Source: Antedon mediterranea
Taxonomy: Eukaryota; Animalia; Echinodermata
NCBI RefSeq assembly: GCF_964355755.1
Contig: NC_092670.1
Coordinates: forward strand, 22,492,795 to 22,556,794
Length of the DNA stretch: 64,000 nucleotides
Direction of reading: 5' to 3'
Shown: positions 1-13,500 of the stretch, in pieces
Layout: each line of letters begins with the position of its first letter
Numbering within the stretch: position 1 is the first letter of the stretch
The notes under the pieces: model-generated
Told to the model about the DNA's origin: nothing
The model's database searches: none
What the model saw: only the letters and a program-made list of their open reading frames with translations
Translations under genes and position numbers: made by a program

Positions 1-981
1 CGAATTGAATAATTTGCGCGCGTATTTGATCAAAAAGCTAAAAAAATCGTCAAAATTATGCCTTTTTTTAAACAATCGTAGTTTCTAAACTAAACGGTGA
101 AAGTTATTTTTATTACATATTCTGGAAGTTGATGAGTTGTAGATATCAAATCATACATTAATATGGCTAACAGGACATTTTGACGTCATCGTATGGCCAC
201 GCGAATATAAAATATAGGATTTTTGTCTCTTTCGTTATTGCTCATCACATTCAATGGAGCGCATCACGCTTATCCGTATTCCATTTTCTCCGAGATTTTA
301 ATATTGTCTAGGTCAATCAACTACCTTTCGCATGAGTTAAAAATATTTTAATATTTGTAACGTCATCATGCCTAAAAATGTTAATTACTTGGGTCATTAA
401 TTTCATCTTTACAGTAAATTTTAATCTGTTATCGCTCGTAAGAACAAAATGGGATAATCACGATTAAAATGTTTTCTGGAAGCTATTGGATTGTAGATAC
501 GAAATCATGTAAACATTTTGTCAATCGGATGTTGTGACGTCATCATATGGCCAGTTAAATAAAAAAAGTCGTATTTTCATCTTTTGCGTCATAGTTCATT
601 ACATTTAAAAGAGCGCGCATCAATATTTCACGTGTTCAAATTTCTTCTACACGTTAATATGTTGTTGCTGAGATAATTTCCTTCCGAAATTGCTACATTC
701 ACGTTTCATTTTGAAACCGTCAATATGTTAAAAATTTGAATAAATAGCGGGTCCCGTAATTTCACCTATTCTACACTGTATGTGATATGTATACAGATTA
801 TACTGTGTATACTATATGACACAAAATAACAGAATTCAGCAATAAAAACATATCATATTCTTCAGTTCAGGTCACAATGCCATAATCTTTTTTCGTGTGC
901 AATATTCCAACGTATGACGTGCACGTGGCGTTTTTGTCGTGCGGATAACTAACTCGTCAAAGTGACGAGTTTCATGTCTAG
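1..981 (+). mobile_element. Non-autonomous Helitron/Helentron-like element, copy 1 (5' end outside window)
   Basis: Ends in hairpin AACTCGTCA-aag-TGACGAGTT (951-971) then CTAG (978-981) before a T run; homologous to ~1523-2132; internal ~355-bp duplication (~110-415 vs ~465-770). Confidence 0.65.
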
Positions 982-2132
982 TTTTTTTTTCGATATTCTT
1001 CTTTCTTTCCACGAATTTTGTTCGCAGCGTATCTCTAATTCTAGCCAAAATTAGATTCTATAACTTTGTCATAAGATTGACCTATAGCTCTAGATGTGCA
1101 AGACACTTTTTTTTTCGAATTTCAAGTCGCGCAGCGTTAGTTACGCGCGATTTTATGAATTTCATTGATTGATCATAGAATAAAAACTAAAAGTCATTTT
1201 GTATTGAAACTTTGTGAAAATTTAAGTCATATTATGCGCAAACTTTCTGTGGATTAAAAATGGCATGTTTAACAAAAATTACGCGCGCACGCGCGTTTAA
1301 AATTTCAAATTGCGAAAAATCAATTTCTAATCAACTTTCTACGCGTTTCATGTCATTTTGAGCATTTCAAAAATTCCCACGCGTACGCAATTTTTTTACG
1401 TGCGCGTGCGCACGTAGAGCAAAAACATCTTTTTTTTGCTTGATTTTTGTTTTTTCAGCCTTTTCTAGTATATTTATAAATTTTCAATCAATTTCGACTT
1501 AAAATTACGTCACACGAGCACGTAGAATTGGATCATTTGCGCGTGTTTTTGATGAAAAAGTTAAAAAATTCGTCAAAATTATGCCTTTTTTAAAACAGTC
1601 ATAGATTGTAAACTACGTGGTGAACTTTTTAAAAATTACATATTCTGAAAGATGATGAGTTGTAGATATCGAATCATGCATCGATAAGGCTAACCGGACA
1701 TTGTGACGTCATCGTATGGCCACTCGAATATAAAATATAGGATTTTTTTTCTCTTTCGTATAGCTCGTCACATTTAATAGAGCGCATCTCTACGTATCCG
1801 TATTCCATTTCACTCAATTTTTTTATTTTGTCTAGGTCAATCAATTATCTTTCGCATGATTTACAATTTTTGAAATTGTTATGACGTCATCATGTTCAAA
1901 AGCGTCAATAACTTTGGTCACTTCTTTTCACCTATTCTGCACTGTATGTAGTACGTATACAGTATATAGCGTATACCGTATACACTTAGACGTGACGTAA
2001 AATAGAGAGCGCGCTAACATTTTTTCAATGGCATTATCGTTTTTCTGCGCGCAATATTCTAACGTATGACGTGCACGTGGCTTTTGCGCTGCGGATAACC
2101 TAACTCGTCCGTAGTGACGAGTTCAAATCTAG
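982..2132 (+). mobile_element. Non-autonomous Helitron/Helentron-like element, copy 2 (tandem)
   Basis: Same terminus: AACTCGTC-cgtagt-GACGAGTT (2102-2123) then CTAG (2129-2132); its 3' part aligns with copy 1. Confidence 0.65.
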
Positions 2133-2145
2133 TTCTGAAGTGTAG

Positions 2146-2433
2146 TTTAAGCAACACTGCTGTACAGTTTATAGTGGATAAATGAAAATGAATTTTGGAA
2201 ATGATCAATATAATACAATTTAACGTTTTGCCCAATATATTTATAGCAGCAGCTTCATATGTTTTGTCTAACTTTTTTAATTATTAATTAATAATAATAA
2301 TCAATTTGTATTTATTTATTATAATTGCCAGAATTGATTAGCTTACCGGAAGTACCTTTGTCTGGGACTTCCTATGACATTAAAAATGTCGCATGTGTTT
2401 TACTGGCGGAAAAAAATAGGTGGGATACAATGG
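2146..2433. repeat. Dispersed repeat fragment, also present at ~28940-29192
   Basis: Colinear blocks taagcaacactg / ggataaatgaaaatgaa / tatatttatagcagcagctt / ataattgccagaatt...agcttacc..aagtac / gggatac.atggta at both sites. Confidence 0.8.
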
Positions 2434-3065
2434 TATTGTACAACCAAATGTACAACATGAAGAATGGCAAAATAGCATTCAGTGATAGGGGTAATAAATG
2501 CATTCAACTATGTGATATGAATGGCCATGTGATTAAATCCATTTAGGAGGATGTACTGGCAGACCCACAAGGTATTCACATAGATGAGACAACAAATATT
2601 ATTTATGTAGCAAATTGGCACACACAATGTGTGCTTATGTTTGACATCAATAGCGGTAAGGAACTGATAAAGATAGGATCACAGGAAAATATACTATATG
2701 GATACTGGGATGTAGCACTTACTAAAACTGGGAAAGTTCTTGTAGCAGATGTTATAAGTAATCAAATTGCAATATATAATAATTATAAAGACATCTCTAC
2801 AAAAAATGTACTTATCAATAAAGGTAGAGAAGATGGTATGGTGATGCGTCTATGTGGAGTTGTAGTAGATGAGGATGATAACATCATTGTATCAAGTCAC
2901 CACAAACTACAACTTTTCAGTAGTGAAGGAAGGTTAATTGAAAGAATTGATAAGGAAGAAAATGGGATTAATAACCCTCGACAATTATTTATCATTTCTT
3001 ATCATCCGCGTAGAATTGCTATAACTAATAAAGGTGACAGAAAAATTATGGTGTTTAATTATTGA
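2434..3065 (+). pseudogene. NHL-repeat (TRIM2/3/71-type beta-propeller) C-terminal fragment with in-frame stop
   Basis: ORFs 2325-2546 and 2631-3065 are one frame split by TAG at 2544-2546; NHL-like repeats (GKIAFSDRGNKCIQL, PQGIHID...IYVANWHTQCVLMF, DVALTKTGKVLVAD, GVVVDEDDNIIVS); AATAAA at 3107; 5' part replaced by repeat DNA. Confidence 0.75.
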
Positions 3066-4440
3066 AGTTGAAAACAACAATAGTTGGAGAGACAACAGTA
3101 TATTTCAATAAAGTGTTTGTTTAAGGAAAAATATTGAATTAAATTAAACTAAAATGTAAATCAGATTGAGTAATTCATCTGCTGTCTATAAATATAAATG
3201 TTCTTTCATTCAACTTTATTCACATATACATACAGTACAATATGTAAAAAGGAGCCAAAATATAGCTTTCGCTAATCAAAGTTTGACTCCTGTCACAAAA
3301 ATAAATTGGTCAAAAAGCATCTGGGATCCAATAACCTGCATGATCTCTGAAATAAAGCAATTGGTCAATCGCGGCTAGCCTTGTCGGTTTGTTGTGCTGC
3401 CTATCGCACACACGGTAGTAATAGTTTGTCAGCAGCCTTCCTATCCGAAGAGTTGATTGTGTCCAAAACGTAGTAAAGTGAACTTCAGTAAAATTATATT
3501 TGCAAACTGGCCAAAGTCTGTGTACTTCCACCGACCCACCGCCGTAGAATACAGTAGCTACACGGATGAGCAAGGTCAGATCCCAAGGTCATACATCATA
3601 CGTTCACCGGTATGTCAACGTAAATGTCCACTAAAGGCTGGTTTCCTGTCGACGTAACAATTCCAGTTTTGTTACGATTACTCGAAAATGAAAATGTGGG
3701 AAACAGGAAACCTATTCCAATCAAATACTTGTGACGTTACAGGAAACTGGTGATGAATACATCTTTAAATTTAAATAGTAAATCTATACAAAAGGGGTAA
3801 CACCTGCTTTCTCACAATCATCGCCTACCTACTCATTGATGGATGTTTTCGTTTCCGATTTCCTGTTTAAATTTCTGTTTCAGGCGCAGAAACAATAATC
3901 GCAGAGAAAGAGAAATTCACTTTTAACTTCAATTTTATCATTTTCTGAAAGAAATAAGGTTTGAAATTTGTAATATATCATTAATAATCAATTCCAAGGT
4001 GATTGTAGGATTTGTTGCTCTGGTAGGTGTCTGGTGGTGTTTATTAGGACTGTTATATTTATTCATTCATTCTTCAGTGGAAAATTACTTCCATTTATTG
4101 TCATTTGCATATAAAATATACATAGAAATTATGTTTGCTCTGAGATATACAAAAACAGATAATTGAAAATAAAACCCAATACAAAGTTATCACTCTTGTA
4201 CGGTTAGGTATACTGACAATCATTTTAGTGCCTGAACGGCAGCTGGATAAAGCTGTTACAAAACCTATTTGTACCAGATGATGGACCGGTAAAGTCTACC
4301 GCTATGCAAAAGATGAGTAGAATCGTGTTTTCAAAAACAGACTCAATAGAACTCTTCTTTTTTCCAATGATACGTGATGCATACTTAACAACACAAACAA
4401 CTGACTTATCTTTAATTAATTTTTTATATTAATGTATTAA

Positions 4441-7387
<2,947 letters not shown>

Positions 7388-8545
7388 AATTAAACTTGTA
7401 TGGTATATATGAGGTAATTTATTGTTTTCTCTAAAACCACTATTGTCTTGTGTGAGTACACAATATTATGTAAGACAGGCTACAGTATACACTGCTTTAT
7501 GTTAAAATTATGGGGTTATGTATATAAATTAACTTTTCTTCTTTTTCACAGGGTTGTGGGTTTTATTTTACGTGGATAGAAACATTTGGATGATGTTTTT
7601 GAAATGTTTTATTATCTGAAGTGATTGGTTTTAATAAGTGTTGCTTGAACAATAAAAGAAATGAAGCATTTAAATGTCTTTATATCATCCCTTAATGGGC
7701 TTGAACCTCCAACCTTAACTAAAAGGTTGACCTCCCAACATGCTAGCTCAAGTCTATACCTATTAGTCTAGGTTCTAGCCCAAATTAGTAAAAAGATAAA
7801 TATTTTGGCACATATGGCGTTTCATATGTATAATACATGAGCTACAGTATGTTTTTGTATTATTCAGACAAAAATCGAAACGTCGACTGGTGGAATAACA
7901 TAGAATAAAGACAATAACTACAGACTTGGGGCAGAAGTCTAGTATACTTTCCTGCTCACACTAACTAATGAACAAACATTCAGACCAGCACTGATTCAGA
8001 CCCAACAACATAAGGATAAAGTTGTTGAGTAAATTTCGTATCCAATGTGTACTACAAGACATATGTGTAGTTCTCGTGATGTAAATCCACTTTGTAGGTG
8101 GAACTTGAAGCTACTTAGTTTTATTTGAGATTAAAATATTATGAATATTAAGGTGTATATAATTTCTATCAATTATCATGGATGTCTGAAAAGTAGACAA
8201 TTAATATTAGCTTTCCAAAAATGGTATTTAGCATTTGACAAGATTTGATACAATTTTCGACAAAAAACTGGATCTGGCCCATATACTAAAGTTTTTCATC
8301 ATATTATTAATTTTTTCAACATTGTGAATATTTATGTCGACTATCCAATCGTAATTCATTATTTTTATCTCGGGTCGACCATCCAATCAGATTTTAATAT
8401 CTTTATGGACCCCAGTTAGCCTTTCGTACAGACGTAACTTGGTCGAAAAATCGACTATGCTCAACATACCGATTTGGTATATTGTGTTATGGAAATTTAA
8501 CTGGGCTCAATCTCATTCAGTTCCGGTGGAGTGACAACCAGTATT

Positions 8546-8855
8546 CAGGCCTAGGCCTAGCTAATTTTAGAGATAATGTTTCGCTGTTAATCTATCACTT
8601 CCGGGTTCCGGGATATCGCACACTTTCGTACTGTGTTTGGTGTAGGCCTAGCTAGTAGTCTAGTGTGTAGTAGGCCTACTACTGTAGTAGTAGGCTAGTT
8701 TAGGCCTCACCCTAGTCCTAACTAGATAGAGGCCTAAAATAATCTACTAGACTACTACTATGGCCTAGGCTAGATCTAGCCCTAACTACTAAGTATTAGG
8801 CCTTCGACGCCTAGGCCTAATTATTAATAAGCTAGGACTAGGCTATATAGCCTAT
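8546..8855. promoter_or_regulatory. GPANK1 upstream region: ETS-like CACTTCCGG motif and a TAGGCCTA/CTAG-rich tract
   Basis: cacttccgggttccggg at ~8596-8612; dense TAGGCCTA/CTAG palindromes to ~8855; the same layout precedes the GPANK1 pseudogene. Confidence 0.4.
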
Positions 8856-8877
8856 ACTAAATTCCATACAAAACAAT

Positions 8878-9921
8878 ATGGCTTTTTATAAAAAGCAAAT
8901 ACTTTTTCAAAAATCGAAAAGAAATCGTGATTGTAGTACTGAAATCTATACCGAAACCAGTCGCAGTTCTGCTGAGCTAAATACCTCGGAGGGAAATGCA
9001 GTTAAAGAGTTTTATGAATGTGTTATTAAAACTGAAGCAAACATTTCTGAGTGTTCTACTAGTACTAGTAGTTGTAGTGAAGTTAAACCAATCAAGAATG
9101 TGAATTTAAAAAGAAAGAGAAAAAATAAAAAAAGATTAACAAGACAAAATACTGTGAATTCTTTTTTGAAAGCGGCAACAGACGGAGACATAAAAACTGT
9201 TGAAGAATTTATTTCACAAAATTGTGACATTAACATGAAAGACGCATTCGGTTGGACGGCGTTAATGTGTGCTTGTAGCAGTAGACAGGTCAAGATAGTT
9301 GAATGTTTATTGAGTCATGGAGCGGAATGGATCGGTATAAAAGATAAGTCGGGCACAGATGCTATGAGTTTGGCACAACAAACTGGACAAATGCAAATCG
9401 TAAATTTACTTGCAGATAGAGATCGTTACTGGGCTACATTGCGGAATAAAAATGGAGAATCTGCGAATATTGAACCATTTTATTGTAATTCTTGTAGCAC
9501 GAGTATTGAAGCGTCAACCAGCAAAGAACACATGTGCTCAACAATTCATCAGTTTTGTTCGCAACATAAAAAACAATCAACGATGTATTATTTAACGGAA
9601 AACAACAAAGGGTACCAGATGATGTTGAAGGACGGTTGGGATTCCGAAAGTGGACTTGGCCCTGATGGAAGTGGAATGAAATTCCCTGTGAAAACAACTT
9701 TAAAAAGAGATCGGGAATGTTTAGGGTCGGGATCAACCGAGTCTCGACCAAGAATCACACATTTTAAGCCTTTTGATACAGCAGCAATTAAAAGACCAAG
9801 AAACGACAGGACAGAGTCTAATAAAAGACAGAGTACTAAAGAGATTGGTGTAACAAAGGCTAAGAAATCAAGGAATTGGGAAATAGAGTACAGGCAGTCT
9901 TGGAATACTGAACCAAACTAG
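8878..9921 (+). CDS. GPANK1: G patch domain and ankyrin repeat-containing protein 1, single coding exon, 347 aa
   Basis: Ankyrin repeats (FLKAATDGD, DAFGWTALMCA), FYCNSC...HMCSTIHQF zinc-finger-like segment, G-patch (NKGYQMMLKDGWDSESGLGPDGSGMKFPV), then KRDRECLG and PRITHF. Confidence 0.93.
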   Translation: MAFYKKQILFQKSKRNRDCSTEIYTETSRSSAELNTSEGNAVKEFYECVIKTEANISECSTSTSSCSEVKPIKNVNLKRKRKNKKRLTRQNTVNSFLKAATDGDIKTVEEFISQNCDINMKDAFGWTALMCACSSRQVKIVECLLSHGAEWIGIKDKSGTDAMSLAQQTGQMQIVNLLADRDRYWATLRNKNGESANIEPFYCNSCSTSIEASTSKEHMCSTIHQFCSQHKKQSTMYYLTENNKGYQMMLKDGWDSESGLGPDGSGMKFPVKTTLKRDRECLGSGSTESRPRITHFKPFDTAAIKRPRNDRTESNKRQSTKEIGVTKAKKSRNWEIEYRQSWNTEPN

Positions 9922-10547
9922 ATACTGCCTGTTTTGTGTTATATATGAAAATGAGTCGGCTATTTATATATTGCTTGTAAAAATTGTAACATAAGATGGA
10001 CATGTGAGAGCGGCGGGTCACCATAATACAAAATTTAGAATAACAAACTTAAAAATGGATTTGGCTTTTTTACAGTTGTATACTACTAATGCTATTCATT
10101 TCTGTTGAATGGCGCCTCAGTTTATTAACAAATTTCAAGCAAGAATCCTAAAGAAATAAACGTTTTTAATTATTAAAATGTTATAAAGTGTATTATTTTT
10201 AATCAATGAAATAATATATTTACTATTGAATACAATGCGTTTTACTTTTCATTATTTTTAATTTGTATATGAAAGTCGTATGTATTGATGATGTGACTTA
10301 CAATGATAAGTCACATGAAAAGTATATCATTCAATGTAACTTGTTTTGGTGTACATAAAAAAAACTAAATAAAAAGGAGTGACTCTGGTTTGGTGAGATC
10401 ATGATTTGACCAGGATGATACCGAGTAAATGTAAATATAGATAGTACGGTAATATATAAATAGATTAGATTACCATTAATAAAAATAACAATACAATATC
10501 TAAAGTCCAAATGCAGAAATGCTAAGAACAGTCTGTCAACCAGCACC

Positions 10548-13500
10548 ATGAAGATTCCTTTAGTCTTTGTTTTAATTAGTTTTAGTATAGAATTAGTAGC
10601 GGTTTATGGAAAGCCGGAGTTGTCAGCAGATTTGCCAATTCCTGAAACAATAGACGCACTTCAGAAAAGAATAGCATCATTTCAGGCTCAAGAAGATAGG
10701 AATTACACACCTCCGATAACATGGGCGACCTCAAAGGGTGCTTACCAAAGTGATATACACCTCAACTGGCAAGGGTCTCCGTTTTTAGCCCTTGCCCGTG
10801 ATAATCTTGCATGCTACGATACAAATTCGTTCTCATCCATATGGATAACGACAGTGTTGATTGAGGCATACAAGTATGGGGTGGCACCTAGGCCTAATGA
10901 TGATCAGATGATGCTGGCGCTGGATGCTATTAGTGCGTTCCACAACAAGAACAACCCTGCAGGGGATGGTGACATGAATTTCTGGCTACAGGTAAATACA
11001 GTATACAATAGTTTGTTCTCATTTTTCTTTAATTTCACTGCATTAACTAAAGTCAATATATTCTGAATTTTAATTACTATATTTTATAAAATCCACAAAA
11101 GATACACAGTATAACAATAATTAAAGAAAAACTATGTACAATGGAACCCCTTCTTTGGGAAATGCCTATTCAGGGTACTCTCTTCTCAAAGGAGACCCTT
11201 AATTTTTTGTGAAATGTCAAGGCCGAGGCGTTCGCTTCGTCTGAAATTTTCAATTTACACCACCCACCGCGACTCCCCAGCACAGATATATTTTATATTA
11301 ATTATATTTAAAGCATCTTTGCCTCATCTGTTTTTAACCTCTCGATACAGCCTTGCAAAAGGACACTTTTTTGGTCACAAAGGTGTGCTCCTAATGGGGG
11401 TTCTTGTATTTTTCTATGTTTGTGTGTGTTCTATTTCAGATATACAACAAGACTTCTGACATGTGGATAAGTCACCCTGAGAATGTGTATGAAGGAGTAG
11501 AGTTCATTCACAAATACACGCCTTTCAGACTTCTGGAGTCAATCCTTAAATACTTCGACTGGGAAGCAGGACTGGAGATACTAGACTTTTTTAAAAGTGC
11601 AGAGTAAGTTTAAAGTCAAGTGTGCATGGGGAACATGGCCCCTAGCCATAATGAGGGGGTTTGGTTTTTAACAAAATTGACCAAAACTGGCATGAACCCT
11701 GCTGACTTTAGAAAGGTATATATACCGTAAAGGCCTACTAGGTCGTTGACATTTTATATTATGGTAATAGTCATTAAATATTTTTAGCTTTTGCATAAAC
11801 ACTATAAATATTTAATTAATGCTGTATTTATGTTTTAGAGCTTATTTCTCTGCATTTTTGATCCCGTCTGACTTTGACGACACATACTTAAACATTGGAA
11901 TGGGGGCGATATTGAAGAATTGCCAGAAGGATTTTCCAACTCTCTACAACACATGGTCTAAGCAAAACACAAACTATCAAACTGCGTTTCAAGATCTTAA
12001 GAAGTTTGCGTATCGGCCAATGAGTGAAGAGCTTGATGAGAACGCTATTGATACGAGAACTTACTATTATCTACGTGGCTTTCTACAAGAAGCAAAGGAG
12101 AATTCTCAAAGCGTTTCTCTGATAACTACTTGGGTATAACAACCTTTTTTTGGAACATCCCTATTTTTATGGTACCTTATTTTAATAGGTTGTAAAATAA
12201 TTCTTCCTGCAGCCCATATCTTTCCAATGCTGGACAAATGGCTCTCACACAATTGATGTCTGTTGTTCCTGTCCTTCACAAAATCTTGGAAAAGCTGTGG
12301 TACCGGTCTGTCTACTGAGCTCAACCTCCATCTTGAATGAGGTCTACCCCTCTTTCTTTTCCCCAAAAATGGTTGTCATTTTGTTGTCAATTGTGTCCAT
12401 CTACCATCATGTATCCTTCCTATATGCCCTGCCCACCTCCATATTGTATATTTTGCTGCTGGTTGGTTACAGCTATAAATGTGGTTTTTTTTTTTGTTGG
12501 TCTATAATTTGCTCCCTGCTTTCTTATTTTATAACATTATTTCTGTTTATTTAAACAGGTTCAAAATATTGCAGAGGAGCGTTATCTAAGCTATGAAGGC
12601 GTCAGTATGCCTTTTCACATTAATAATGTGGACACAACGGTAGCAGCTAATTCTATTTATGGTCTGACTTCAGCGGTTTTGTACGATTTGTCAAGTGATA
12701 GTAGTTGGTTTGATAATGATATCCAGGTATGTTTTTAATTTAAATTAATTGACAAATTTTTCTAGTTAAAAATCATTTTTTTTTAGCAGTCATCAAATCA
12801 TCAATTTATTTCTATCATAACCTTTTTAACTTTATTTGAATTTTTAACTTTGAACAAACGAAAATAATTTCAAACCATGTACTTGTACATGTATTTTACT
12901 TTGTTTGACCATGAATAAATGAAATGAATCATAATATCATTATCGCCATAGATAACAATAACAATATATTAACATAAATAAAGTACAAACAACTTAAATC
13001 AAATGTCAATTTGATAAAGTAAATTAGTATATCCAATTATATTTACTGCACTAAATATTATTGGAATGTAATTTAATATATAAAAACATATATTTTTCAA
13101 AATGTTCATGTTGACTAACCTTAAGCTCTGTCTATCACTCAGTATTAATCTTTATGTGACAAAAAAATGAAAAATGTGCCCATATATAGACATGATGATG
13201 TCATGTCACTGCCATGTTTAAGCATATAACTACCATATTTAGGTACATCCCACTTTTTTGATAGTGTAAACAGAGCTTCAAACCTAATATTTTGTGTAAA
13301 ACTATTCACAGGCAATTTACGCAAACTCAACTAGCTTGATTGTGTGGCTGATTAATCATAATGTGATTGAAGAACGTCCAGACTTGGCGCTCACGTATTA
13401 TCCGTCACGATACAGTTTCTACTACTACGTTGCACGTACATTGTTTATCTTGGAAACTAAATACGCAAATGACGGAGAACTTCCATTTGAAGTACTTGAC

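Noticed and set aside
2544-2546. Stop-codon recoding in the NHL ORF
   Set aside because: A single TAG, no recoding signal visible, and the gene is 5'-truncated; simple pseudogenisation is enough to explain it.
3166-3657. Short overlapping ORFs upstream of LCMT1 as a gene
   Set aside because: No recognisable domain or exon chain; could be repeat-derived or promoter sequence.
9012-9751. Antisense and alternative-frame ORFs within GPANK1 (likewise those inside polycystin exons)
   Set aside because: Shadow ORFs of real coding exons with no independent support.
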